Under the pieces are notes generated by a model. The model ran no database searches. It was not told the DNA's origin and was given only the letters and a program-made list of their open reading frames with translations. A program made the translations under genes and the position numbers. Shown here in pieces: positions 50,868 to 61,220 of a stretch of DNA of 64,000 bases (positions are counted from its first letter, which is position 1; each line of letters begins with the position of its first letter). Source of the DNA: Alphaproteobacteria bacterium (GTDB lineage: Bacteria; Pseudomonadota; Alphaproteobacteria; UBA828); contig OZ244839.1 in NCBI GenBank assembly GCA_965220825.1, forward strand, positions 286,148 through 350,147, written 5' to 3'.

Positions 50868-52182
50868 GGGTGGGTTCGACGGCGTCGGGAGTGCCGACAA
50901 GAACAAGGGTGAGAAGATCGGGGCGCAACAGGCGCTTCGCGGCGCGGGCGACATCCGCGCGGGTCACGGCTTCGATCAGGTCGTTGCGGCGGTCCACATA
51001 GTCGATGCCGAGGCCGTCGAGCCGGTGGTTCGTCAACATGGCGGCGATGCGGCGGCCGCTATCGAAGCGGAGCGGGAAGGCTCCCGTCAGATGGCGTTTC
51101 GCGGCCGACAGTTCTTCGTCGGTGACGCCCTCGGCGGCGAGGCGCGCGATCTCGTCGCGCAACACCGCGACCGTCTCCGCCGCCCGGTCGTTGCGGGTGG
51201 CGACGCCGCCGAGATAGAGCCCGGCACGGTCCAGTGGCGCAAGGTAGCTGTAGACGCCGTAGGCGAGCCCGCGCTTGTCGCGGATCTCCCTGTAGAGGCG
51301 GGAGGTGGAGCCACCGCCCAGGATATGGTTCATCACATAGGCCGCGTAAAAATCCTCATCGCTGCGTGCGAGCCCCGGCATGCCGAAGGTGATCACGGTC
51401 TGCGGCAGCGGCCGCTCCACCACGAGCGTCCCGCCCAGATTTTGCAGCGCCGCCTCGTTTACGTTGCCCGGAGCGGCGTCGTCGGCGAGGCCCGCAAGGG
51501 CGCCGTCCAAGAGGCGCGCAATTTCGTCTGCCGACACGTCGCCCGCGGCGGCGGCGACGGCGTTGCCGCGGGCGAGCCGGGTTTCGGCGAAGCGGTGCAG
51601 ATCGGCGTCCCCGATGGCCGAGACGCTCTCGGCCGTACCGTTCACCGGCCTGCCATAGGGATGATCGGGGAAGACCGTTTCAAACCAGACCCGATTCGCG
51701 ACGGCGTGCGGGGTTTGCGCATTCTGGGCAATGGCGGTCAGGATCTGGCGCCGGACGCGTTCCACCGCCGCCGCATCGAAGCGCGGTGCCGACAGGGCGA
51801 GGCCGAGCAGCCGAAAGGCTTCTTCCCGGTGCGCCGACACCGTGCTCATGGTCGCCGTCACCACATCCCGTCCCGCATCGAACGCGAGCGCGATGGCGCG
51901 GTTCTCAACCGCTTGCTGGAATGTCGACGAATCGAGATCGCCCGCACCTTCGCCGAGCATACGGGTCGTGAAGGTGGCAAGTCCCTCCTTGCCCTCCGGA
52001 TCCAGCGCCGCCCCACCGCGAAAGGCGAGGGCGAGCGAGATCACCGGGATTCGTGCGTCGTGGGCGTACCAGAGTTCGTTGCCGGCGGGTGTGACGATGC
52101 GCTGGATATCGGTGGCGCGCACATCCGCCGCCGTGCCGAGAAGCATGAGCGCGAGTGCCGTTGCGGCGAGGAGGCGCACCAT
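50863..52182 (-). CDS. M16 peptidase family, non-catalytic-type subunit
   Basis: Signal peptide, GKEGLA..T..ML.EGAG with no HxxEH, HPY, SRLY.EIR.KRGL.Y. Confidence 0.88.
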   Translation of the reverse strand: MVRLLAATALALMLLGTAADVRATDIQRIVTPAGNELWYAHDARIPVISLALAFRGGAALDPEGKEGLATFTTRMLGEGAGDLDSSTFQQAVENRAIALAFDAGRDVVTATMSTVSAHREEAFRLLGLALSAPRFDAAAVERVRRQILTAIAQNAQTPHAVANRVWFETVFPDHPYGRPVNGTAESVSAIGDADLHRFAETRLARGNAVAAAAGDVSADEIARLLDGALAGLADDAAPGNVNEAALQNLGGTLVVERPLPQTVITFGMPGLARSDEDFYAAYVMNHILGGGSTSRLYREIRDKRGLAYGVYSYLAPLDRAGLYLGGVATRNDRAAETVAVLRDEIARLAAEGVTDEELSAAKRHLTGAFPLRFDSGRRIAAMLTNHRLDGLGIDYVDRRNDLIEAVTRADVARAAKRLLRPDLLTLVLVGTPDAVEPTL

Positions 52183-52185
52183 CGT

Positions 52186-53568
52186 CTAGCCAGGCTCGCC
52201 CGGGCGCAGGATGCCGGTCACCGAGCGCTCGCGCCGCAGCACGAGGCGGGCGGCCTCCACGACTTGTTCTCTGGTTACCGCGGCCAGGCGATCGGTCCAG
52301 CTTTCGATGGACCCGATGTCGATACCCGAAGCGAGCGCGCGTCCATACACGCGCGCGACGGAGCGCGGATTGTCGAGAAGGTAGACGGTACCGGCGATCA
52401 TGCGCTGTTTCGCGGTTTCGACCTCCGATTCCGCGAGCTTGCCGTCGACGAGAGCCGCGACCGCAGCGTCGAGCGCCATTTCCACGGGTTCGATATCTTC
52501 GCCCACGAACGCATCCGCATAGATCCAGAACGCGCCGGGGTCGACCGAGACCGGGTTGTAGGAAGCGCCCGCCTGTGGCGAGATTCCTTGCTCGACCACG
52601 AGGGAGCGGTACAGGCGGCCGGTGCGCCCGCCGCCGAGAATTTCGGCCAGAACGCTGAGAGCGGCGGTTTCGGGTGCGCCGCCCCCATGACCGGGCGTGA
52701 GATAGCTGCGGACGATCCCGGGCTTTGCGGCGCGTTCGTCCGTCATCTCCACGCGCCGCGGGGCGTTCTGGGGCGGCTCCTGGCGACGCTCCCGCGGCCC
52801 GAGGGCCGGGGCCGGGGGAATCGCGCCGTAATGCTTCTCGGCGAGCGAGCGGAGGTCGTCGGCGGCAATGTCTCCCGCGACGACCAGGATCGCGTTGTTG
52901 GGGGCGTAGTGACGCTCGTAGAACGCCCGCGCATCTTCGGGCGATAGGGCCTCGATCTCGTGACGCCAGCCAATGATCGGGGTGCCGTAGGGATGGTTCA
53001 GGAACTGCGCGGCCCGTACCTGCTCGAAGAGCAGCGCCTCCGGGTCGTTGTCCGTGCGGCTGTTGCGCTCCTCGAGAATCACGTCCCGCTCCCGCAACGC
53101 GTCCTCGTCGCTGAAGGCGAGGTTCTGCATGCGGTCGGCCTCGAGCGACATGACGAAGCCGAGATGCTCGCGGGCGACGCGCTGGAAGTAGCCGCTGTAA
53201 TCCGCGGCGGTGAAGGCGTTGTCGACTCCGCCGCGCTCCGCGACGAGCTCGGAGAAGCGGTCGGCACCCACCGTCGCCGTGCCCTTGAACATCAGATGTT
53301 CCAAAAAATGGGCTGTGCCCGACTTGCCCGGCGGATCGTCCGCCGCACCCACCCGGTACCAGACCATATGGGTGACGACGGGCGCGCGGCGATTTTCCAG
53401 CAGTACCACCTGGAGGCCGTTATCCAGGGTGAAGGTCTCTGCACCGAAAAGGCCGCCCTCGGTGCCTTCCACGGGTGCGAGGGCGAAGGCGGAAAGCAGC
53501 GCGGCGGACCCCACGACCTGGAGACCGCGTCGGAAAAACGTGACGATGCGCAGCATCAGGTCGGGCAT
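52186..53568 (-). CDS. M16 zinc peptidase, catalytic subunit
   Basis: LDNGL, G.AHFLEHLMFKGT (HxxEH), NAFT, E..VILEE, HPY..PIIG, Y.PNNA. Confidence 0.92.
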   Translation of the reverse strand: MPDLMLRIVTFFRRGLQVVGSAALLSAFALAPVEGTEGGLFGAETFTLDNGLQVVLLENRRAPVVTHMVWYRVGAADDPPGKSGTAHFLEHLMFKGTATVGADRFSELVAERGGVDNAFTAADYSGYFQRVAREHLGFVMSLEADRMQNLAFSDEDALRERDVILEERNSRTDNDPEALLFEQVRAAQFLNHPYGTPIIGWRHEIEALSPEDARAFYERHYAPNNAILVVAGDIAADDLRSLAEKHYGAIPPAPALGPRERRQEPPQNAPRRVEMTDERAAKPGIVRSYLTPGHGGGAPETAALSVLAEILGGGRTGRLYRSLVVEQGISPQAGASYNPVSVDPGAFWIYADAFVGEDIEPVEMALDAAVAALVDGKLAESEVETAKQRMIAGTVYLLDNPRSVARVYGRALASGIDIGSIESWTDRLAAVTREQVVEAARLVLRRERSVTGILRPGEPG

Positions 53569-53575
53569 GGTGGCG

Positions 53576-54157
53576 TCAGAACAGGTCTTCGAGGAGCGCC
53601 CTTTCGCGCTGCTGGATGGTCGGCGTCTCGCCTTCGGTGGGCGGGGCGCCGAGCGCTTCGTTCTCGCGCAGCCGCTGCGCTTCAGCTTCGGCGTCGACCA
53701 CCGTGCCGAGTGGCTGATCCTCGCGCCAGAACAGCAGCGAATCGACGAAGCTCTCGTCCTCTTCCGCATAATTCGAGAAGTCGCGTTTGATGGTGCGCCT
53801 TATGTTCGGGTCCGCGTGCTGCGCACCGGCCTGCTCGATCAGTGCGGCTTCGCCCGGCGTCTCGCCGGCCGGCCGCTCGGAGGCGGTGCTTTCGATGAGG
53901 TCCGCTTCGGCCTGACTGCGAACGGATTGTACCTGCGGCCCCGGAGCGCCCGGCGCCGGCGGGCGGAGCGTATATTCCGGCGGGATGATGAGTTCGGGCA
54001 CGCGCATCACCTGGAACTCGTCCGGCGAGGTCTTGCCGAAGCCGAGCGAATCGCAGGCCGCCAGCGCCGGCGCGAGGATGCAAAGGCAGAGTGCCACCCC
54101 GAGACCGCGCTTCGCCACGAAAGGCCCCGTTTCCGTTCGCCATTCCATAGCCTTCAT
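53576..54157 (-). CDS. DUF3035-type lipoprotein
   Basis: Lipobox LAAC, PDEFQV...PEL.IPP...LRPP.PG; located after lspA. Confidence 0.8.
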   Translation of the reverse strand: MKAMEWRTETGPFVAKRGLGVALCLCILAPALAACDSLGFGKTSPDEFQVMRVPELIIPPEYTLRPPAPGAPGPQVQSVRSQAEADLIESTASERPAGETPGEAALIEQAGAQHADPNIRRTIKRDFSNYAEEDESFVDSLLFWREDQPLGTVVDAEAEAQRLRENEALGAPPTEGETPTIQQRERALLEDLF

Positions 54158-54621
54158 CTAGGCCTTTTCGACGGCTTCATCAAGATGTCGGCGATCAGCA
54201 GGACGACTCCCACGCTGATCGCCGCGTCGGCGACGTTGAAGGCGGGCCAGTGATAGCCCCCGCCATGGAAATCCAGAAAGTCGACCACCCAGCCGAGGCG
54301 AACGCGATCGACGACGTTCCCCACAGCGCCGCCGACGATCGCACCGAGGCAGAGAGCGGGCCAAAGCCGGCGCGTCCGCCGGAGCCAGAGGCAGAGCCCC
54401 GCCGCAATCCCGAGCGCGAGCGCGACGATGGCCCATGCGCCCGCGCCCTCGCTTTGGAAGAGGCCGAAGCTGATGCCCCGGTTCTCGACGGGGGTGAGGG
54501 CGAAGAAGCTCGTGACCTCGATGCGGCGCGGTGGGGACCAGAGTGTGGCCAGCATGGCGAGCTTGCTCGCCTGGTCGGCAACAAGGACAACCGCGGCCAC
54601 CGGAAGCCCGACATGCAGCAC
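54154..54621 (-). CDS. lspA: Lipoprotein signal peptidase (SPase II)
   Basis: DQASK, NRGISFG, GGAVGNVVDR, VVDF, AFNVAD. Confidence 0.95.
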   Translation of the reverse strand: MLHVGLPVAAVVLVADQASKLAMLATLWSPPRRIEVTSFFALTPVENRGISFGLFQSEGAGAWAIVALALGIAAGLCLWLRRTRRLWPALCLGAIVGGAVGNVVDRVRLGWVVDFLDFHGGGYHWPAFNVADAAISVGVVLLIADILMKPSKRPR

Positions 54622-54656
54622 GATCCCGTTTCCGGCGTCCGTCCGACCGCACCCGG

Positions 54657-57518
54657 TCAGGCGGCGCGACGAAACGCCTCGGCCGCGTCCGCGCAGCGAC
54701 CGCAGAGGCCGGGATGCCGCTCATCCGCGCCCACATCGGGCAGACACTGCCAGCAGCGTGCACATTTCTCGTGCGCCGTCTTCGCGAACCGCACGCCCAC
54801 ATCCGGCACCTCGGGGAGTGTCGTGAGGCCGGCGTCTCCAGCGGCCTCGTCCCATTCGCGGAGCGCCGCGCCGGAGGTGATGAAGAGCGTGTCAGCGAGC
54901 GAATTCTCCCCGCTCTCGAACGCCGCCCTGTAACGCTCGTGCACGAAGACCTCGGGCGCCGCCTGCAGCGAGGAGCCGATGATCTTGGTTGCGCGCGCCT
55001 CTTCCAGCGCCTTGGTGACGACGCGGCGGACCGCGCGGAGATGTGCAACGCGCTCGGCCAGCGCGTCGTCCCGCCATTCCGCGGGCAGCGTCGGAAAGGT
55101 GCGGAGGTGGACGCTGTCATTCTCGTCCGGGTGGCGCGCAAGCCAGGCTTCCTCGGCGGTGAAGCAGATGAAGGGTGCGAGCCAGGCGGTGAGGCAGTCG
55201 AACAGCCGGTCCAGCACCGTCCGAACGGCACGGCGGCGGATCGAATCCGGACGGTCGCAGTAGAGCGAATCCTTGCGAATGTCGAAATAGAAGGCGGAGA
55301 GGTCCACGGCGCAAAAATTATGCAGTGCGACGAACATGTCGTGGAACGCGAAGTCGTCGCACCATCGGCGGATATCGCCGTCGAGCCGGTGGAGGCGATC
55401 CAGCACCCAGCGCTCGAAAAGGGGCATTTCGTCGAGCTCCACGCGCTCGTTGGGTTGGAACCCGGCGAGATTGCCCAGTAGATAGCGCAGGGTGTTGCGG
55501 AGCCGCCTGTAGGCATCCACCTGGTGCCGCAGGATATCGTCGCTGATGCGCAGATCCTCGGAATAGTCGGCGCTCACCACCCAGAGGCGGAGGATGTCCG
55601 CGCCGTAACGCTCATTGACCTCCTGCGGCGCGATGACGTTGCCGAGCGACTTGGACATTTTCCGCCCCTCGCCGTCCACCACGAAGCCGTGGGTCAGCAC
55701 GGCGTCGTAGGGGGCGCGGCCGCGGGTACCGCAGGATTCCAGCAGCGAGCTGTGGAACCAGCCGCGGTGCTGATCCGAGCCTTCGAGATAGAGCGAAGCA
55801 GGCCATTCGAGCTCGGGGCGCGCCTCCAGCACGAAGCTGTGGGTGGTACCGCTCTCGAACCAGACATCCAGGATGTCTTCGACCTTGTCGTAGGCCTCCG
55901 GGTCGTGGTCGGGGGAAAGGAAGCGCGCCTTGTCGCTGCTGAACCAGGCGTCCGCTCCCTCCGCCTCGATCACCTGGGCGATGCGCTCGACCACGCGCGC
56001 ATCCCGCAGCGGGCCGCTGCCGTCGCGGGCGGCGAACACGGCGATGGGCACGCCCCAGACCCGCTGGCGGGAGAGCACCCAGTCCGGCCGGGTCTCGATC
56101 ATGGCGCGAATCCGCGCGCGCCCGGCGGGGGGGACCCAGCGCACCTGGTCGATGGCCCGGAGCGCGGTCTCGCGGAGCCCGGTGGTCTCCATGCTGATGA
56201 ACCACTGCTGCGTGTTGCGGAAGATGAGCGGCGCCTTGGAACGCCAGGAATGCGGATAGGAATGGGTGAGCGTCCCCCGCCCGAGAAGCCCGCCCGCCGC
56301 CTTCAGAGCGTCCGCCACCTCGCCATTGACCTTGTAGACATGCTTGCCCGGAAAGAGCGGCACATGGTCGAAATAGCATCCGTCCGGACCCACCGTCTCG
56401 GGGACCTCGATCGGCCCGCCGCCCGCGCCGCTTGCGTTGAAGCGCATCACCGCTTCGAAGTCCTCCGCGCCGTGGCCGGGTGCGATGTGGACGAACCCCG
56501 TGCCCTGATCGGTGGTGACATGGTCCGCCGGGATGAGAGGCACGGGGAAGTCGTAACCCCTGCCCCGCAACGGGTGCGCGCAGACCGTGCCCGCCAGGGC
56601 GTCCCCAGGAATGTCGCTCTCAAGCACCCGGTGCCCGGCGATGCCGCATTCGGCAAGGAACGTCTCCCGCAGCGCTTCGGCCACGGCGATTCGCATGCCC
56701 GGTTTCGCCAGCGCACCCTCCGCCGCCTCCGTGACTTCAACCACGGCGTAGCGGAGCGCGGAGCCGTAGGCGATGCAGCGGTTGCCGGGGATGGTCCAGG
56801 GCGTCGTGGTCCAGATGGCGATGGAGGCGCCTTCGAGCGCGGCGAGACCGCTCTCCAGCACGGGGAAGGCTGCGGCGATCGTGATGGACTTGTGGTCCAG
56901 ATACTCGACCTCCGCCTCGGCCAGCGCGGTCCCTTCCACCGGCGACCACATCACGGGTCGTGCGCCGCGATAGAGGCTGCCGTCCACCAGAAAGCGCCCA
57001 AGTTCACGGACGATCGCGGCTTCGGCCGCGAAGGTCATGGTCGTATAGGGGTTGTCCCAATCGCCGATCACGCCGAGGCGCTTGAACTCGCCCCGCTGCA
57101 CGTCGATCCAGTGCTCGGCGAAAGCCCGGCAATCGGCACGAAACGCGCCCACCGGCACGGAGTCCTTGTCTTTGCCTTCTTTTCGGTAGCGCTGCTCCAC
57201 TTGCCATTCGATCGGCAGTCCGTGGCAATCCCAGCCCGGGACGTAGACCGAATCCCTGCCCATCATCTGTTGCGAGCGGACGACCACATCCTTGAGGATC
57301 TTGTTGAGAGCGGTGCCGAGATGGAGGTGGCCGTTGGCGTAGGGCGGGCCGTCATGGAGGATGAATTTGGGCCGGCCGGCAGACGCCGCGCGCAGCCGCT
57401 GGTAGAGCCCCATGGCCTCCCAGCGTGCGACCGTGGCGGGTTCGCGCTCCGGCAGCTTTGCCTTCATCGGAAAGGCCGTGCGCGGCATCAGAACGGTATC
57501 GCGGTAGTCCGTGGTCAT
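54657..57518 (-). CDS. ileS: Isoleucine--tRNA ligase
   Basis: HDGPPYANGHLHLGT, GWDCHGLPIE, WTTTPWT, GTGFVH.APGHG, EGSDQHRGWF, KMSKS, and C-terminal CxxC...CxxC. Confidence 0.97.
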   Translation of the reverse strand: MTTDYRDTVLMPRTAFPMKAKLPEREPATVARWEAMGLYQRLRAASAGRPKFILHDGPPYANGHLHLGTALNKILKDVVVRSQQMMGRDSVYVPGWDCHGLPIEWQVEQRYRKEGKDKDSVPVGAFRADCRAFAEHWIDVQRGEFKRLGVIGDWDNPYTTMTFAAEAAIVRELGRFLVDGSLYRGARPVMWSPVEGTALAEAEVEYLDHKSITIAAAFPVLESGLAALEGASIAIWTTTPWTIPGNRCIAYGSALRYAVVEVTEAAEGALAKPGMRIAVAEALRETFLAECGIAGHRVLESDIPGDALAGTVCAHPLRGRGYDFPVPLIPADHVTTDQGTGFVHIAPGHGAEDFEAVMRFNASGAGGGPIEVPETVGPDGCYFDHVPLFPGKHVYKVNGEVADALKAAGGLLGRGTLTHSYPHSWRSKAPLIFRNTQQWFISMETTGLRETALRAIDQVRWVPPAGRARIRAMIETRPDWVLSRQRVWGVPIAVFAARDGSGPLRDARVVERIAQVIEAEGADAWFSSDKARFLSPDHDPEAYDKVEDILDVWFESGTTHSFVLEARPELEWPASLYLEGSDQHRGWFHSSLLESCGTRGRAPYDAVLTHGFVVDGEGRKMSKSLGNVIAPQEVNERYGADILRLWVVSADYSEDLRISDDILRHQVDAYRRLRNTLRYLLGNLAGFQPNERVELDEMPLFERWVLDRLHRLDGDIRRWCDDFAFHDMFVALHNFCAVDLSAFYFDIRKDSLYCDRPDSIRRRAVRTVLDRLFDCLTAWLAPFICFTAEEAWLARHPDENDSVHLRTFPTLPAEWRDDALAERVAHLRAVRRVVTKALEEARATKIIGSSLQAAPEVFVHERYRAAFESGENSLADTLFITSGAALREWDEAAGDAGLTTLPEVPDVGVRFAKTAHEKCARCWQCLPDVGADERHPGLCGRCADAAEAFRRAA

Positions 57519-58495
57519 GAGCGCGCACTCGCCTGGCGCAGTGGGGCGGGGGTGGGGGTATCCGGCATGTCCGCACGAGAGAGGATCGAGCGCGCGGAAT
57601 CGCAATCCCGTTCGATCTGAGCCTTGAGTGCCTCGATACCGTCGAACTTGCGCTCGGCGCGCACGCGCTCGACGAAGGCTGCGCGGAGCCGCTTGCCATA
57701 GAGCGTGCCGGAGAAGCCGAAGAGATGAACTTCCAACAGGTCCTCGTTCTTGTCGAAGGTGGGGCGGCGGCCCAGATTGGCGACTGCAGGGAGCCAGCCG
57801 CCGCCGGCATCGGCCCAGAGTGCGTAGACCCCCCGCGCCGGGTGAAGAAGGCCGCCCGTCCGCAGGTTGGCGGTGGGGAAGCCGATCGTCCGGCCACGCC
57901 GGTCCCCGGTCACGACATGGCCATCGATCTCCCAATAGTGGCCGAGGATGGCGGGCAGCGCGGCAACGTCGCCCGCCGACAGGAGCTCCCGGGCCCGACT
58001 CGCGGAGTGGATGCGCGGCCCGGCGCCGGCGGCCGCCACGCGGCTCACGCCGTAGCCGTGGGTTTCACCGAGAGTGGAGAGAAGGTCCACCGTGCCTGCG
58101 CGCTTCGCCCCGAACGCGAAGTCGTAGCCCACCACCACGTGGCGCGCGCCGATGCCGGATACCAGGACGTCCCGCACGAAATCCTTGGGCTCCTTACCGG
58201 CGAAGGCGCGGTCGAAGCGGACCACATAGAGGATATCCACGCCGAGTGCCGCCAGATGGCGCGCCTTCGAGCGAAAGGGCGTGAGTCGGAACGGCCCGCT
58301 CGGGCGCGCAAGCACGTGGCGCGGATGGGGCTCGAACGTGAGGGCCGCCAGCGGTGCCCCAAGGCCGCGGGCGATTCGCGCCGCCTCATCGATGACGGCA
58401 CGATGACCGAGGTGGACGCCATCGAAATTGCCGACGGCCGTTACCGCGCCGCGCGCATCCTCCGGCGTGTTCCGCCAGTCCCGTACGATTTGCAT
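57515..58495 (-). CDS. ribF: Bifunctional riboflavin kinase/FAD synthetase
   Basis: GNFDGVHLGH, TFEPHP, VGYDF.FG, GRTIGFPTAN, GVY, EVH, R.E.KF. Confidence 0.96.
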   Translation of the reverse strand: MQIVRDWRNTPEDARGAVTAVGNFDGVHLGHRAVIDEAARIARGLGAPLAALTFEPHPRHVLARPSGPFRLTPFRSKARHLAALGVDILYVVRFDRAFAGKEPKDFVRDVLVSGIGARHVVVGYDFAFGAKRAGTVDLLSTLGETHGYGVSRVAAAGAGPRIHSASRARELLSAGDVAALPAILGHYWEIDGHVVTGDRRGRTIGFPTANLRTGGLLHPARGVYALWADAGGGWLPAVANLGRRPTFDKNEDLLEVHLFGFSGTLYGKRLRAAFVERVRAERKFDGIEALKAQIERDCDSARSILSRADMPDTPTPAPLRQASARS

Positions 58496-58732
58496 CGGCG
58501 AGGCTTCCCGATCCCCCGTCTGAAGGCGGCGGGAGAATAGGCCCTCGCCCGCCCATTGCCTACCCTTTGTCCCCGCTCGGAGCCCACAAGACGATACGGA
58601 CGGCCAGGGCCGGGAAGCCGGTGTAACACCTGCTCGTCCGATATGCGCTCGCGCCGCGGCGCCAGCGCTCTTGAACGGCACGGCCCATCGGCCGATTGTT
58701 CCAGCAATTCAACAGCCCGTGGAGCGACCGCC

Positions 58733-59878
58733 ATGCCTGCCGTAGAGGCCACCAGGGAGAGCATTCCCCTGGTCGATCATCATTGCCACGGCATCGTGCC
58801 TGTGGACCTCGAGGACGATCGTCTCGAAAGTCTGCTGAGCGAGGCCTACGCGCCGCCGCCCGAGGGAACCAGCCACTGGGACAAGCCGGTGGCGCTCTCC
58901 GTCCGGCGCTGGTGCGCGCCCGTTCTGGACCTGCCCGCGTTCTGCCCGCCGGCGGACTATGCGGCGCGGCGGCGCGCGCTGGGCGCCGCCGAAGTCAACC
59001 GGCGCTTATTGCAAGGCGCCGCGATCGAGAGCTTCGTGGTGGATAGCGGCAACCGCCCGGAGGAACTCTGCACCGTTGCCGAGGTGGGTACGATCGGCGG
59101 CGGTAGCGCGCACGAGATCGTGCGTATCGAGACCGTGGCGGAGCGCGTCGCCGCCGGCGGCGTTTCCGCGGAGGGCTACGGGCAGGCGGTGGAAGAGGCG
59201 CTCCACGCCGTGGCGACGGATGAGGTCGTCGGGTTGAAATCGGTGCTTGCCTACCGGGCGACGCTTCGCATCGACTATGCGCGGCCCGACGCCGCAGAGG
59301 TGACGTCCGCCGCCGGGCGCTGGCTTGCGGAGGTGGAGCGGGAAGGCAAGGTGCGTGTCGAGGACCCGACGCTCGAACGCCACCTGATCTGGACCGCCGC
59401 CGATATCGCGCGGGAGCGGCGCTTCCCCATCCAGTTCCATATCGGGATGGGAGACCCGGACATCGAGCTGAACCGGGTGGACCCGAGCTACCTCACGCCC
59501 TGGGTCGCGGCGGTAGAACCCTGGAGTTTCCCCATTACGCTGCTCCACTGCTATCCGTTCCATCGCCAGGCGGGGCTGATGGCGGAGAACTTCCCGTTCG
59601 TCTATTTCGACGTCGGCTTTGCGCTCAACTGGACGGGGCCCAGCTATGCGCGCATTCTGGACGAAGCGCTGGAGACCGCCCCCTTCACCAAACAGCTCTA
59701 TAGCTCCGACGCCTTCGGCCTCTCCGAGCTCTACTATCTTGGTGCGCTCCGCTTTCGCACCGCGCTGTCCCGCGCCATGGATCGCTGGATCGCGGACGAC
59801 GAATGCACGGCGGAGGAAGCAGCACGGATCAGCGCCATGATCGGTGCCGGCAACGCGCGGCGCATCTACGGTGTCTGA
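58733..59878 (+). CDS. Amidohydrolase-superfamily protein (resembles the FluG N-terminal domain)
   Basis: DHHCH, KS..AYR, QFH.G.GD, LLHCYP, YSSDA...E, NARRIY. Confidence 0.82.
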   Translation: MPAVEATRESIPLVDHHCHGIVPVDLEDDRLESLLSEAYAPPPEGTSHWDKPVALSVRRWCAPVLDLPAFCPPADYAARRRALGAAEVNRRLLQGAAIESFVVDSGNRPEELCTVAEVGTIGGGSAHEIVRIETVAERVAAGGVSAEGYGQAVEEALHAVATDEVVGLKSVLAYRATLRIDYARPDAAEVTSAAGRWLAEVEREGKVRVEDPTLERHLIWTAADIARERRFPIQFHIGMGDPDIELNRVDPSYLTPWVAAVEPWSFPITLLHCYPFHRQAGLMAENFPFVYFDVGFALNWTGPSYARILDEALETAPFTKQLYSSDAFGLSELYYLGALRFRTALSRAMDRWIADDECTAEEAARISAMIGAGNARRIYGV

Positions 59879-60662
59879 CGCCCCGGATGCGGCCTTGCCG
59901 GGCGACGGAGACCCGCCACCCTTCGAATCGCTCAACCCGAACGGACGCTGCCGCGCGCTGCTGGTCTGCGACCATGCGAGCTGCGCAATTCCGGCGGCGC
60001 TCGGCACGCTCGGAGTGAGCGAAGAACGCCGGCGGGACCATATCGGCTGGGATATCGGTGCGGCGCCCGTTGCGCGAAGGCTTTCCGCTCTGCTGGATGC
60101 CCAGGCGATCCTCGCGGGTTATTCGCGTCTGGTGGTGGACTGCAACCGCCCCGAGAGCGCGCCCGACCGTATACCGGAAATGAGCGATTCCACGCCTGTG
60201 CCCGGCAACCAGGGCCTGAGCCCGGCGGCGCGGGATGCGCGCATCGCCGCCTTCTTCACGCCCTATCACGAAGCGATCCGAGCCGCTCTGGACCGGCGGG
60301 CGGCCGCGGGCCCGCCGCCGGCTCTGGTGGCGGTCCACAGCTTCACGCCTCACATGGCGGACGGCATCTTCCGGCCCTGGCACATCGCCATCTGCTGGCA
60401 TGAGGACAGGCGCATGGCGGCGCCGATGGCGGAGCGGCTCAGTGCCGAGGGATGGCAGGTAGGGGAGAATCAGCCCTTCAGCGTCGATCTCGAGAGCGAT
60501 TACACCCTGCCCGTGCACGGCGAGCAGCGCGGTGTGCCCTCGTTGCTGATCGAGATTCGCAACGACCTGGTGCGTGAGCCATCGGGCGTCGAGGACTGGT
60601 CCATGCGCCTCGCCGGCCATATTCGGGCCGTTCTCGCGCGCCCCGAGATCTGGGCCGCGTAG
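59871..60662 (+). CDS. N-formylglutamate amidohydrolase family protein
   Basis: CDHAS..IP, HIGWDIGA, SRLVVDCNR, PYH, HSFTP, G.N.PF, IEIRND. GTG start overlaps the upstream gene end. Confidence 0.88.
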   Translation: MSDAPDAALPGDGDPPPFESLNPNGRCRALLVCDHASCAIPAALGTLGVSEERRRDHIGWDIGAAPVARRLSALLDAQAILAGYSRLVVDCNRPESAPDRIPEMSDSTPVPGNQGLSPAARDARIAAFFTPYHEAIRAALDRRAAAGPPPALVAVHSFTPHMADGIFRPWHIAICWHEDRRMAAPMAERLSAEGWQVGENQPFSVDLESDYTLPVHGEQRGVPSLLIEIRNDLVREPSGVEDWSMRLAGHIRAVLARPEIWAA

Positions 60663-60710
60663 CGCCGCTCCGGTGCGCGGGCGCGACGGCCCGCGCACCA
60701 AGACCCGAGT

Positions 60711-61199
60711 CTATCCCTGCCAGGGCGGGATGGGGGTTTCCCAGGAGGGCTTGGCGGCTTCGCTCAGGAGCTTGAGATAGAGCTCGATATGGGCGAACCG
60801 CCATTCGCCGTCTTCCTTGCGGAATTTGGATTCATACCAGCCGCCGATCCAGGTGTCGGCGGCCGGGCCGCCGCCTTCCGGAGTCACTTTGGCGAGCTCC
60901 CACAGATAGTACTCACCGGTCGCGGTGCGCCCGTCGTCGGCGACTTCGATGACCGGCTGGGTCATGTAGTGGAGCGCCCACGGGATGCCGCTGGTGCAGA
61001 CCTCGCGCAGCCCCTCGGCAATGCCGTCCCGCGTTTCCCAGCGCCCAATGCCTTCGCAGTTCCATACCGCGTCCTCGGTGAAGCAGGGCGCCATCATCGC
61101 CATGTCGCCATTATGGTCGGCCGCCTTGGCGTAGCGCGCGATGAGCTGCTTGATGGCTTCGATGTCTTCGAGGCGCTGGAGGCGCCGTTCCACGGACAT
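60711..61199 (-). CDS. NTF2/SnoaL-like protein (LinA/BaiE-like dehydratase fold)
   Basis: L..LEDIEAIKQL.ARY....D, FTEDA, H......I, G.Y...F.K.DGEWRF. GGGAGAGA RBS. Confidence 0.82.
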   Translation of the reverse strand: MSVERRLQRLEDIEAIKQLIARYAKAADHNGDMAMMAPCFTEDAVWNCEGIGRWETRDGIAEGLREVCTSGIPWALHYMTQPVIEVADDGRTATGEYYLWELAKVTPEGGGPAADTWIGGWYESKFRKEDGEWRFAHIELYLKLLSEAAKPSWETPIPPWQG

Positions 61200-61220
61200 G
61201 TCTCTCTCCCTGCCGTTGTC

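Noticed and set aside
50863-53568. M16 pair with one subunit lacking HxxEH as a pseudogene or novelty
   Set aside because: Heterodimeric M16B peptidases with one catalytic and one non-catalytic subunit are well known.
57310-57345. HLGT in place of HIGH in IleRS as an antibiotic-resistance variant
   Set aside because: Such variation occurs in housekeeping type 1 IleRS, and the gene sits in the normal ribF-ileS-lspA operon.
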